A model generated the notes under the pieces. The model had not been told where the DNA came from. It made no database searches and saw only the letters and a list, made by a program, of their open reading frames with translations. This document shows positions 37,450 through 50,745 of a stretch of DNA of 64,000 nucleotides, one piece after another. The position numbers and the translations under genes were made by a program. Every line of letters begins with the position of its first letter. The stretch's first letter is position 1. Location: the NCBI RefSeq assembly GCF_963921235.1, contig NC_086097.1, positions 20,834,001 to 20,898,000 of the forward strand, written 5' to 3'. Source of the DNA: Mobula hypostoma. Lineage: Eukaryota.

Positions 37450-38095
37450 TTAGCATTCATTTCAAGAGTACTAGAATATAAAAGGATGTAATGCTGAGGC
37501 TTTAAGAGGCACTGGTTAGACCACAGTCAGAGTAATAAGAGCGGGTTTGGGTCCCTTATCTAAGAAACAGCATGCTGCCATTGGATGGGGTCCAGGGGAG
37601 GTTTACAAGAATGAACTGGGAATGGAAGGGTTAACATATGAAGAGCATTTGATAGCTCTGGGCCTGTACTCACTGGAGTTTATAAAAATGGGGGAGGGGA
37701 GGATCTCATTGAAACTTTATCAACTATTGAAGGCCTAGATGGAGTGGACGTGGAGAAGACATTTCCATTAGTGAGGGAGTCCAAGACCAGAGGGCACAGC
37801 TTCAGAATACAAGGATGGCCCTTCAGAACAGAGACTGAGGATGATTTTAGCCAGAGGGTGGTGAATCCATGGAATTCATTGCCACAGACAGCTGTGGAGG
37901 CCAAGTCATTGGGTATATTTAAAGTGGATAGTAATAGATTCTTGATTAGTAAGAGTGTTAAAGGTTATGAGGAGAAGGCAGGAGACTGAGGTGGAGAGGG
38001 ATCAGATCAGCCCAGCCCAGCCCAGCCCAGCCATGATGGAATGGCAGAGCAGACTTGATTTGATGGCCTAATTTTGCTCCCATGTCTTATGGTTT
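37450..38095 (+). mobile_element. CR1 3' fragment
   Basis: LGLYSLEF and RVVNPWNSLPQ motifs plus the common 3' UTR. Contains (CCCAG)n at about 38009-38032. Confidence 0.8.
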
Positions 38096-38154
38096 TGTTA
38101 TCCTTTCATAATTGCCTTAGGCACAACTGAATAGTGTTACTTTTTTTAAAAAAA

Positions 38155-38810
38155 AAATTAGATTATGAGGATACTCAGTCCTCATTTATTGTCACTTAGA
38201 AATGCATGCATTAAAAAATGATACAACGTTCCTCCAGAATGATATCACAAGAAAACACAGGACAAACCAAGACTAAAACTGACAAAACCACACAATTATA
38301 ACATATAGTTACAACAGTACAAAGCAACACCATAATTTGATAAGGGCAGACTATGGGCACGGTAAAAAAAAGTCTCAAAGCCTTATTAGCCTCATCATCT
38401 CACACAGGCGGCAGAAGGGAGAAACTCTCCCTGCCATGAACCTCCAAACGCCGCAAACTTGCCGATGCGGCACCATTGGAAGCACCCGACCCCAGCGTTC
38501 TCTTGAGTCCGTCCGAAAACTTCGAGCCTCCGACCAGCATCCTCTGCTGAGCGCTTTGACCCCACCCCGGCTGCTGAGCAACAGGCAAAGCCAAGGACTC
38601 GGGGCCTTCTCCTCCGGAGATTCTGGACCACACAGTAGCAGCAGCAGCGAAGCAGGCATTTCAGAAGTTTCACCAGATGTTCCTCCGTGCTCTCACGTCC
38701 ATCTCCATCAAATCAGGATTGTGCACGGCACCCTACTTGACAAATAACAGGCATCACCACTGGAGTGGCCGCTGCGAGCTGCTTCGCGCCACCATCTTCT
38801 CCTCCCTCCT
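38155..38810 (-). mobile_element. Probable short non-autonomous retroelement
   Basis: CpG-rich body sharply bounded within AT-rich DNA. On the minus strand it ends in GACAATAAA...(TAATC)n, like the LINE tails elsewhere in the window. Confidence 0.45.
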
Positions 38811-40754
38811 TTCAACATTCCTTTTTCCTTGGGGTTAAAGAAATTCAAGAAAAATCTCTCAAGTGAACTTGAACCAGGACGTCATCTCACCATAGGAATG
38901 TGAAATCAAGCAGCAGTCATGAGGCATTTGAGCCCAGTATTCATTAATCTTGCACGTGCACAAGCAAATTTCAAAAACCAACGGGAGGTTTTTACACCAT
39001 CCGGGAATACAACGAAGCACTCCCATTAACATGATTGTGTGCCACAATAACAATTTAATCTACATGCATTTTAATTAAATTACTGGCATATTTCACTTGC
39101 ACTGAAGTTTATATAGTTCTGCAATTGTAATGGATCTGAGCCGTAAAGAACTTTCGCTAGGATCACAGAATCCCTTTTGTGAACTGTTCACATGAAAACC
39201 ATTTTAAAGGCATTCAGAGATAGTTACACATTTCAATCTCACTAATTCATATATACACACACAGAATAAACACTTGCAGTGCAGTAAAACTCAATACCTG
39301 CTCTGCTATGGTTTTAAGTGTTTATGGAATTTATAAACACCCCTTTAATACATCTTTCAACCATGCCAATGACAATATGGTCAGATATTTACTTCTGAAA
39401 GTTTCGCTGACTAAGAGTGCTTGTATAATATTTGATTCACACAGTGCACCCAGGCCTTCACAGAATCACAGCATGGTTATGGTTATGTGCCAGATGCATT
39501 ATTATTAACACGATGAGAAATTCTGCAGATGCTAGAAATCCAAATCAACACACACAAAGTGCTGGAGGAACTCAGCAGGTCAGGCAGCACGTATGGAAAT
39601 GAACAGTCAACGTTTCAGACCGAGACCCTTCCTCTGTCCAAAACGTTGACTATTTGTTCATTTCCATGGATGCTGCCAGACCCCCAGCACTTTGTGTGCG
39701 CGCGCATGACTTTGGATTTATTACCAAGTCTAATGTTTACTCTTTCAGTGCACGCAAGTAAGGAGTTTCATTGCACCCTGGGTGCATATGATGATAAATT
39801 TTATTTAATTAGCTGGTAGCTATTTGCCCATTGAGTTTCACCTGTGGGCAGAGAAATCCCCTGCAGCTCCACTTAGCTTGCACAAACCCATGAAACCAGG
39901 AAGATGAACTGGAAAGGGGTGACTAGAAGGTGCTTGTTTCTATCAGGGCACTTAAAAAAAAATAATTAAAGTGTCCTGATATAAACAAGCTCCACCTTTA
40001 AGAAAAATCTAATCAGAGTGCAGCACTGTGTGATGACAGGCTTCAGAGAGAAACAGGATGTGTTTTAGTTGGATGGGGGGGCACAACAACAAAATCATAG
40101 TGATATCTAATGAGTCATATGGACGGTCTAACCAAGTATTGAAATAACTTCTGTCACGACAAAGTAGGGTATCTTACAATGTTACACAGTGCATGACCCA
40201 ACTACTTTAACCATCCACTGCCTCCAGAAATTTGATGCAAAAACTGCATTAAAACGGCAGCATGTGCCAAGTGTAGAAATTTACCATTTAAAAAATGCTA
40301 TTTATTGATGAAAGATTCCAATGCAATATCAATATTACAAAGTACCTTGACGAAATAGAACATTGTGACACTGACGAGGCACAATGGAATTGTGAATCTG
40401 TGAAATTCGTTGCCACCACCTCAGAAGAGGGGCATCCTTTTAAAATGGAGATAAGGAGGCATTCTTTCAGCTAGAGAGTGGTGAATCTGTGGAATTTATT
40501 GCCACAGGTGGCTATGGAGGCCAAGTCATTGGGTATTTTAAAGTGGAGGTTGATAGGTTCTTGATCAGTGAGGACATCAAAGGTTACAGGGAGAAGGCAG
40601 GTGAATGGGATTAAGAGGGATAATAAATCAGCCATGAAGAAATGTTGGAGCAAACACGCTGGGTCAAGTGGCCTAGATCTGTACCCATGTCCATGGTCTT
40701 ATGGGAAAGTACTTCAGCAGAGTACAAGATCTATGAGTAATGACACACCGACCC

Positions 40755-43700
40755 AAAAATATACTAAAAGTTTTTATTTAGAACATATTACAATTAGTTA
40801 ATTTTAATGCAGTTATTGATTCTCCAGTGTCAATAATATAATGCATGTTAAAACAATGCATGAGTAAAGTACACTTTCATAAACCAATGATGCTTGCAAA
40901 ATCATGTTCAAGGTAAAAGGTGGATTAGATTTCAATACAAACATTACTGTACTTGGAGTCCTGTCAAAAAAGTACACTTATAACACCTTGTACAAAAAGG
41001 CAGGTTACAGGAAGCAACAATTAGTGATCAATCCTTGCATCTACAACACTGCAGTTTGATATTTCTGTTAGAACCAAGATCATCTGAATCAGAAACCAAG
41101 AAAATGAACCATCTGATTGCTGGAATGTGCATCTGTCACAGCTAAAGGGACCTTCACTTCCATCCTCTGTTGCTGCTCACAATTAGTGTTTCATACAGCT
41201 CCACAAATTGGGATTTTTAGTCCTTTGACATAATTTAGAGACTTAAAAAAATTAATGAGAAGTCGCTCAATTCAAAATGAATTTATCAGCTGAGGAAAAA
41301 ATCCCACAAATTTGTGAGCATTTCACAAGAATTGCAAATGTTTAATGCAATTTTAATTATGAGCCCGATTATCTTTCAAGTTTCAGAAACACACTCCTTT
41401 ACTCAGGGAACTGCACACTGAAAACTGCAAGTTAAAAATTTAGAGTCTCGATAACAACGATCATAACAAAACCAGTTTTACAGATATCAGGATGCCACAC
41501 AGCATTCAGTATTACATTTGGATTACTTTAAAAAAAAAGCTTCAATTTAAAAAGTTCAAGATTGCATGAAGTGGCATTTCATCTGTAGATTGCATGATAT
41601 GACCCTTACTACATTGCTAAAAGGGAACAAATGCATGGATTAATGAATCAACAAAAAATTCTGGACATCAAGTCAGTAAGGTGGAACTGAAAAGTCACAT
41701 GAACTAATCCATAAAATTGCCTTGCTGCTTACATGTGGCAATACAGCTTAAATTTCTGTATTATGCATTTCTGGTCCCTTAAGGAATACTCACTTGCCTT
41801 ACTTTAGCAACTTAGGAATGCACTTTAAAGCTGGCCACTCACGTGATGAAACTTGCATTAGTTACAGTACTTAAAGCAGTTTCTTAAAGTCAATGTTAAA
41901 CTGGGCAACATGGTTTTTAAAATGCCAGGGCAGAACACCACATGTTATATAGGACAACAAATCAATAAACACATTCAAGCTTCTCTTTTCCTCCCCACAT
42001 CTAAGTCCTGCAGTTCCCATCCTAAAATCAATTTAACCTCAACATTTTAACAAGAGGTACATTTGTTAACTAGCACCTCTGCTTTATAACATTATATCAC
42101 TCTGCAGTACCTGGACTGGCCCTCTTTACTTAATGAAAACAAAAGCAGCACTTGGTCTCAGGAGAAGTCCTTCAATGTCCAAAGTGCACAAACTTGATGA
42201 TGCAAACAGCCCAGGAAGCCTTACAAACTGCTGCCAAAAAGTTACTAACATAAATAATCTTCCTCATTTGTGAAATAACAACAGCTTGTTACAAGAATAA
42301 TCTACCTTTGCTGCAAATGTGCAAAGTTACAAATGAATAATATTTTGAAACTGAATTTAAGTGCATTTAGAAGTTGAACTTTCATAGCTTCAGTCACACC
42401 TAAAGACCAGTGTACATATATATTTTACATTTATTATTTGCTGCACTCCCATGAACACCTCAGCCGTTACTACTCCTAGGTGGAGATGGTGGACGTGCAA
42501 CTTCAGTTACTGCTAGCCTCATGAGTTGAACTTGCACCATTTTTCCCCTCCTGTTTCATTACAGCTTGGCTGAGATTGGGAAGCACACTCTTTATAAATG
42601 CACCTTCAGGAAATAAAAGGCGTCTTTAACAGAAGAGAACCCTTGCACACAGAAAACGAGGGAACATACAGAAGACCACCATTTATATTACTTAAATTCC
42701 AACAGTTTAAACCCCTTGCAAAATAACTGATATTTTCCACTGAGGACAAGTAATTGCATTTTCTTTAAACATAGCAATATTAAAAGATTTAGTTACCATA
42801 TAAAAGGTCTGCATAGCTTTAATTGCCATGTGCTTGTATAAGGGTCTCTGTACGGTTTTTTACAACTGCCTCAGCCATCAGTTGGAATCAGTACAACTAC
42901 TGACTTGTCTCAAATTGGCAGCATCCTGATCATACAGCTAAAAATAACTGCACTCGCAAGCTTAACGTTTACATAGAACAAGGTTGGGGAAAGATTTACA
43001 GGCTTAAAATCAAAGCTAAACCAATGATCGTGATAAATTTTGGATGTACAAGAATAATAAAAGCTTACATTCATGAAATCACAAAGAATAATTTGCATGT
43101 TAAGGCATCAAATGGCCTGAAGGTTTAATAATATTGAAGGTTTCTTCTATTACATGGGCATATATAATATAGCAATACTGAAACCCTCTTCTCAACCTCC
43201 AAGACCACCATCCATCACATTATTATAGTGGGGGGCCAATTCCCAGGATCAGCATACACTGGGGGACAGTGCAACAAATGTAATCACCGAGCAAAGCACA
43301 AAATGAGTGCTGGCAGAAGATATTCCTTTCGGCTGCTCATGGAACTTATGACACCACCTGAATATGATCCGTGTAAATGTGTTCTTCACACTCCTGGACT
43401 GGCATCACTTTACCAATTGGTTGTCTGAATATCTACCTGGAAGCAAACTCTACTTCCCATTTGATCTGACCAGTATTTTCAAAAGTTATGATATAGATTT
43501 GAAGGCAACTCCTCCAATACCGAATGTGTATTCCACATTTAGTGCAAAAATAGTTATTTTTTGAAGCTACAGTATACAGAGAGTGCTCACATGTTTACTG
43601 ATACACTGATATTGGCCAGAGCCTTTAAAAGCCTGAAGGAAATACCGGCAAGCTTACACTACATAGTAACAGCTTACCCCATGGTACACTCAAATATCAC

Positions 43701-45936
43701 TTAACAGATAGCTACAGAATTAATAAACAAATGGACTAAGCAGAAATCTTTATACAGATCAGAACAAATAGATTTCTGAATCTTAAGTGGAATTTACATT
43801 TTAGCTTGATGTTCTTTCAATAGGTGGTACAGGGCATTCATCTGAGAATCTGATATTGCTCCTCTTAGCTGGTCAGAGGGAAGCAAAATTGAAGTCCACC
43901 ATGGCCATTCTTCACGACAGTAGAAAAGACAGCTGACTAAAAAGGGAGTAGGGAGAACTGACAGAGACACGTACACAACTTGAGATTAGTCAGTGAAGGA
44001 TGGAATTTAGAGGACATTTACAGAATAAGTATCGAGCTTTGAATTGTTCTGGACAGCTTCTTAAGATGGTACTTTGCTTGTAGCAAAAGTTTAGTCCTGA
44101 AATGGATAAAATCCACAATTCAAAGGCCCAATATCTAGAACTTCACACTCTTCTAGCAAAGGAGAAAAGGAAATGCATCTGGAACATTAACCTTAAGTTT
44201 ACAAGAACATAGTTATGTAGTTTGTAATGTAAACATTAATGTAGAATCATGTAGAAACAAAAAGGCACATTTAGAATATACATTCACATACAAACTGCCT
44301 GACCGGCAATCCATTAAATGCAGCTCAAGACAGGAACTGAATTTAACAAGCAGTATGTAACTCTTCCCTTTCTAAATAATAAAATTGAATAAATCCCACA
44401 AGAATTCTTACAATGACATGAACAAAGCAGAATTGAGAATTTCCACCCATGATGAGCACATTCACACCCCTCCAGCCATGTTACTTGTGAAGAAATGATG
44501 CATCCCTCAAGTCAATCAAAATTCTTGAAATTATATGCTGTTCAAGAAATTCAGACAATGGTTAACCTAATGGCAAAGGTACGAGAACTGTAACCAGGGG
44601 CGTGCCTTTCATTCATATAACTGAGCCTTCACTTGATAGCTTCTTGTATCAGAAATAGTTAACAGAAAAAGGTACAAAAATTTCATGTAGGTCTAGTAGA
44701 AAGATTAATTGTGGTGGTTCAATTGCGCTCACTGCTGATAACATAATAAATAAATTTGATTTCTTCATTTTTGAATATTGTTACTGCAGGAACAAATGTT
44801 AGAACCTGATACAGACTACCAGCACATGCAGCAGCCACAGTTCAAGCTTGCTAAGATTTCCACACCCGTGACCCAGGACATTCACTGCCAGTGTGAGGTT
44901 TTAAGAAAGGAAGGAAACAGCATGATTATTCAGCTGCATTACCCAGAGTGAAGATACGTAATAAGAAAAAATCATTAAGTGCTCTCTGCTTTTGGGTTAA
45001 CTTGCAGATACTACTGGATGGATAAATGAAAACCCTAAAAGACGATACATAATAAACAATTTGTTCACCTAATTTCAAAATATCAAAAAGCTGAAAACTT
45101 GATAGCAAGTTCCCTACACATTTTCTTCATTATTTTCATTCAAAATTAAAATGTTCCTCCAGCATTTCCTTCAACATTGGACCAATTTTAAACTACATAA
45201 GTGAAAACCACAAGCATGGATTTTGTAAAGGAGGACAGCATATCACTGAACATACAGACACTTACAACAAAATAGCTTTTCAGGGGTAAGTGAATCATTT
45301 GGTGATTCTAGCCAGCACCAGCTTCAGCCTCAGAAGTTCTTGATCTTTCTTCTCCAATTGAGCACCAAGAAAAACAATTCACAATGACTTAGGTATGGTT
45401 TGTTTGAAATAGGTTTAACTTTCCCTGTGCATCCGTCCCTCTCCTTCCAAACAAGTTCTTGAAAACTACAATTATCAAGATGTGCAGGACCACATTTAAA
45501 AGGAATAACAAGACTGGAGTAGTTACAGTACTTGTTGCAGTGATTTTTTTTGGCAGGGGAGGAAAGGAAAGGAAGCAAGAATTTAAATCAGACAATGATT
45601 AAAAAAAAGTCACCAACAAGGATTGCATGGCTATGAGAAGGGTTCTCATTCTTACCATGACACAAAGTGAATTGCAGTTCACATTAGCAAAGGCAAGTAG
45701 ACATGCTGATCAGGCGTCCCATTTGTTTCAATTTCTCAAGTGATGCTAAAACCTGTACACATACCTTGTTAATGAAACACAAATAGCTTTAGAGGCATCA
45801 AGTGTGCCTGTTCAATTTAGGTTTTTTTTTGTTTACATATAAATAGACATGAAAATTCAAAGCACAAAACAATGGAACGGTATTGAACTGAAAATAGACG
45901 TGGACGTGCAGGTGCTTGTCTAGCCGGGGGTATTGC
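40755..45936 (-). other. SPTLC2: Probable long 3' UTR of SPTLC2 (about 5.2 kb)
   Basis: AT-rich stretch with no recognisable transposon fragments, unlike the rest of the window. Ends at minus-strand AATAAA (40778-40773) followed by a GU/U-rich tract (TTTTTGGGTCGGTGTGTC). Confidence 0.6.
40773..40778 (-). terminator. Candidate polyadenylation signal AATAAA of SPTLC2
   Basis: Plus-strand tttatt with a downstream GU-rich element. A second candidate lies at 42430-42435. Confidence 0.5.
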
Positions 45937-46056
45937 TCAATCCTCATTTTCTTCATAGCTGGTTTCATCAGATGGACGGTCAATTAAAGGCTCTAACTTG
46001 TGTCGAGAATATTTCAACTGTAAGAGGTCACCAACCTCTCCTATCACCTTTAAAGC
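45937..46056 (-). CDS. SPTLC2: SPTLC2 last coding exon
   Basis: Acceptor ttgctttgttttag|GCT. Encodes [39 protein letters not shown] then TGA (45939-45937), resembling the vertebrate SPTLC2 C-terminus. Confidence 0.95.
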   Translation of the reverse strand, partial: ALKVIGEVGDLLQLKYSRHKLEPLIDRPSDETSYEENED

Positions 46057-46394
46057 CTAAAACAAAGCAAAAACAAAATATTAATAAACTGTACAATAAC
46101 TATACAAACTAAAGATGGAGTGTTCCTAACCCCACCCTCATAAGCAGCCCTCTTGATAACAGTAATTAAATGGATTTATCCCGTGATCTCCGCATCTTAC
46201 AAATATTTGAAGTCACTATAGTGTTGATGGAAGCAGCAAAACTTGGATACAGATTTCACAAACACAAATTTTTTAAATTTAACTAAATTGCAAAGTATAA
46301 ATATTAGTCAGCATATTGGAGATAACAACCCTGGTTATATATCAAAGTAAAATATGTAGATGAATATAAAGTTAAACCTGTATTGGAAATAACG

Positions 46395-47100
46395 TGGAAA
46401 ACGTGCAACTCAGGTGGCTGATGGTTGGGTTGAATTGTTCTCTGATCTTGGCAATCCATTTGCAAACATTTTATAACCAGACGAGGAGACATCATCAGTG
46501 TGCTGTTCACTTATGCTGTGTCCTCCAAATGCAGGCCTTGATATGCTTATCAATCAGTTGATTGGTCATCATTACAGAAACTCAATTGACTGGGCATCAG
46601 TGAAAGTCATGGCATAAGCAAACAAGAGAATTCCCAGAAGCATGGTTTGCCATAAACATTTCTATAAACAAACATACAGACCTCGATCCCATTTTTAAGT
46701 CAATGCAGGCAAAATTCTAGACAATGTGCAGAGTTCACCATGCAACCAATCAGCAACGGGACATCTTCCCTACATTATACACGAGGAAATCTGCAGGTGC
46801 TGGAAATTCCAGCAACACACACAAAAAATGCTGGCGAATGCAGCAGGCCAGGCAGCATCTATAGGAAGAGGTATAGTTGACGTTTCGGGCCAAGACCCTT
46901 CGTCAGCATTTTTTGTGTGTTGCTCCTTACGTCATAACTGAGTTTCCATAATGATGGCCAATCAACTGATGATAAGTATATAAAGGGAAAGCATTTGGAG
47001 GATGTAGCAGAAGCGAACAACGCACTGATGATAGCTCCTCGTAGGTGACAAAATATTTGTAAATGGATTGCCAAGAATGGAGAAAAACGGAACCCAACAT
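46395..47100 (+). mobile_element. Second, older Penelope-like family relic with inverted terminal segments
   Basis: 46612-46695 reads HKQTREFPEAWFAINISINKHTDLDPIF (GIY-YIG C-terminus-like). 46425-46503 and 47022-47098 are inverted copies of each other. Confidence 0.6.
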
Positions 47101-48165
47101 GTATTGTTTAATCTTCTGATATGTCCAGAAACAACACCACTGCTATGTACCTGGCAAGATGGTACAAAGGCTCTAACATGCTTGACAGAATCCTGAAGCT
47201 CCCAGATCACAAGAGGGATCCAGGGCACACAATGGCCAACAACATAAGATCTTCTCAAAGCCAGCCAGCCCTTTCAAAAAGCACATGCTGAAAGATGGAA
47301 CCAAAATAACTCAAAAAGGCATCAATGGAATGCTCATGCAAAGTTTCTTGAATAAACCTCAGCCAAGTTCCAGGGAGTTGATCCACTAATATCGGCCAAG
47401 GTCTCTCAGTGCAGCAGCAATTTAATTGGTAAACACAATTTTGCTGGAAATTTGGATATTTATGAAACAATCAACTGTCTCTGAAGACACCTGGAAAACT
47501 TTTCATCCTTTAGAACTTTATAAAAAGCCTCAAGTTTAGCAACGAGATTCAATTGAAACCCAGTCATTTCTTATTTGCTGAATAATTTTGAAACGAGTGC
47601 TTTCACGGCAGGCACAGTGGGTGGGATAGACATCCAACTGCATAAGCTAAATCCAAAGAACAAAAACTATGTTCCAATATAAAATAGAAATATTAATTGC
47701 ACAGGAATTGCAATGGAAAATTCCAACTGTGGGGCTAGGCAGCTTTAAGCAAATTATTAGCAGGTGAAGATAATATTCAACATTGTTGAGCAAAATGCAT
47801 TAGAAGCAAATTGATTGTGACTCAAACAGGAATTTAAATTTGTGGGTGGTTGGGAATGTGTACTTTTAACTTAAATGTCCGTGCACGTAACCCAAGATTT
47901 TTTAAAAAATTAAGTGAATTGTTTGGGAAGTGGAGGTGAAAGTTCTGCTTTTAAACTGAGAGCAAACAATTAGTAAAATTAATGCAGATATTGGAAGAGA
48001 AATTGGTGTGTCAGAACTTGACCTCTATTTTAATACTGCAGCAAATTTATAATGAGTGTGTCATAGATTCACAAGGAGGTGCAACTAGTTCTGAGATTTG
48101 CCAGAGTAACTACTACTGGGCTATAAAATTAGATGCACTTTAATATGTGCAAACATAAAGGAATA

Positions 48166-48700
48166 CACTCAATGGCCACTTAATTAGATACAGGAGCGGA
48201 ACTTGGTGTGGTTGTGTGCTGCCGTAGCCCATCCACTTCAAGGTTTGGTGTGTCATATGTTCAGAGACGCTCTTCTGCATTCCACTGTTGCAGCATGTGG
48301 TTATTTGAAGTACTGTCTCCTTCCTGTCAGCTTGAACCAGTCTGGCCATTCTCTGTGCTCTCTCATTAACAAGGCGTTTTCGCCCACATAACTGCCACTC
48401 ACTGGATGTTTTTTTTGTTTTTGCACCATTCTCTGTAAACTCGGGACTGTTGTGCATGAAAATCCAAGGAGGTCAGCAGTTTCTGAGATATTTAAACCAC
48501 CTCATCTGGCACTAATCATTCCATGCTCAAAGTCATTTAGATCTTACTTCTTCCCCATTATGATGTTTGGTCTGAGCAACAATATCCTCTTGATCATGTC
48601 TGCATGCTTTTATGCACAGAGTTGCTACTACTAGATTGGTTGATTAGGTATTTGCATTAATGAGCTGTACAGGTGTACCTCACAAAGTGTCCACTGAGTG
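48166..48700 (-). mobile_element. Tc1/mariner non-autonomous element with both TIRs
   Basis: TA-CACTCAATGGCCACTTAATTAG ... CTCACAAAGTGTCCACTGAGTG-TA, with transposase relic CGRKRLVNERAQRMARLVQADRK. Confidence 0.85.
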
Positions 48701-50204
48701 TAGATAAAGCATATTCAAGACAGTAAAGTAAAATGGTTCATGTAGAAGATTTTGGGTAATCTTGTGCTACAACTTCAGTGATAAGACAAGCTGTCAGTTG
48801 CAAGCAAACTACAAAGAAACTCAAGCATGATGTGGGTTGGGTACAAACTATACACAGTTATAAATGCATCCCATGCTAAATGGGGCTCTGCACTAGCCCA
48901 TCACTGAACTGTTTCCACAACCCAAGGACTCAAATATTTATTGCTTATTTATTATTTTTCTTTTGTATTTACAGTTTGTTGAGATCAGAGACGGGGTGGG
49001 GGGGGAGGGGGTTGGGGGGGGCAAAAAGGTTCGGGAACACAAGCTGAATCCTGGAAAAGACCAGAGACGAGGTGCGGGGTTATGAATGATTCCATCTCGG
49101 AGCGGCGAGGAAGGTTGAAGCACGGAGATGAATGTGGAGGGGGGTCAGTGATGGCTCAGTATGAGACAGTCAGCAGCCGGATTGGCACGTTCAGTAGTGT
49201 TTGGACCCCGGTCGGCGCTCATTCTTTCCAGAAGGACTGAGTTCGTGCGGCTGCTCTCCATGTATGCAGCTAAAAGGCATTTCCTATATTGAGATTCATG
49301 TGATTATTGGACTGTACTTCATACTGATGTCCTTTTGTGTGTGGGGGTGTGGGTGGTTTTGGGCATTTGGTATTTCTATCGTTGTTCTTTTCTGCAAGTG
49401 AGGGGGTCGGGGATTGTTATGTGCAGAGGGTCGTTGATTGATATTGTGGCTGGTCTTTGCTGCGGGCGAGGTGGGTGGATTTTGGGGTCTGTTGCTTTTC
49501 TTTTTCATGCCAGTTGCAGGGGGAGGGGATTGATGTCTGTTCTTCCAACACCCATGGACTTTCTGTATTTAATGGCCATCTGGAGTGGACAAATATCAGA
49601 GTGGCACTGTACATACATACTTTGATGATAATATGAATCTTTTTGCACACTGGTTGTCTGCCCTTTTGGTGTGGCTTTTCATTGATTCTATTATGATTAT
49701 TGGATTCACTGAGTATGCTCGCAAGAAAACAAACCTCAGGGTTGTATAGGATAATATATGTGTACTTTGACAACAAATTTACTTCCAATTTTTTGAAATA
49801 AGTAATCCCAAACTAGTGAGAGTGATAGTAGCACAAGTCAGTTAGCTTTTCAAAGCTAGGTAATCTAAAGTTGAAAGGTTAATCACTGCCATCATTGGTA
49901 CAGTTACAAGCAGCTATGTCTCAACAAGGCGACATCCATCTTCAGCACCACCCCCCTCCCCCAGCATCATCTGGATCATTCCTGCTTCTCAATTCTGCCA
50001 TCAATATTATTCAATTCATGGAGAAATAACATCCATAGTAGCAGGTGCCACCATAATCACTCAGATGAGCCACCCTGACCGGGAACTGCAGCTTGCTCAG
50101 CTAGGCATTTCCTCATTGTGTAACCATTTTTATTAAAATCAGACATTACGTGTTGAGTTTGGTAACAGCCAAATGCCATGACAAAGCCTTGGAACAATTG
50201 TGGA

Positions 50205-50745
50205 AGACCAAGACATAGCCTAGTTCTGCTCCTACTTGGCCCATAAAATTTGCTCCACCGTGGCTGATTTATTAACTCTCTCAACCCCAATTTCCTGCCT
50301 TCGCCCCACAACTTTTGATGTCCTTACTAATCAAAAACCTATTGAGCTCCACTTTAAATATTCTCATTGACCTGGCCTCCACAGCCATCTGTGGCATTGA
50401 GTTCCACAGATTCATTACTTTCTGGCTCAAGAAATTCCTCCTCATCGCTGTGCTAAAGTGATACCCTTCTAACCTGAGGCTGTGCCTTTTGGTCCTAGAC
50501 TTTCCCACTGTTGGAAACATTGTCACAATGTCCACTTTATCGAGGCCTTTCAATAGAGATTCCAACGAAATCCCATCCTCTTCATTCTAAATTCTAGTGA
50601 CTATAGGCTCTGCAATCAAATGCTCTTCATTTGTTAACCATTTCATTCTTGTGAACCTTCTCTGGATCCTTTCTTAAACAAGGGGCCCAAAGCTATTCAC
50701 AATATCCAAATGTGGTCTGACCAAAGACTAACAAAGCTTAGCTAT
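50205..50745 (-). mobile_element. CR1 3' fragment
   Basis: RRNFLSQKVMNLWNSMPQ motif and 3' UTR. Confidence 0.78.
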
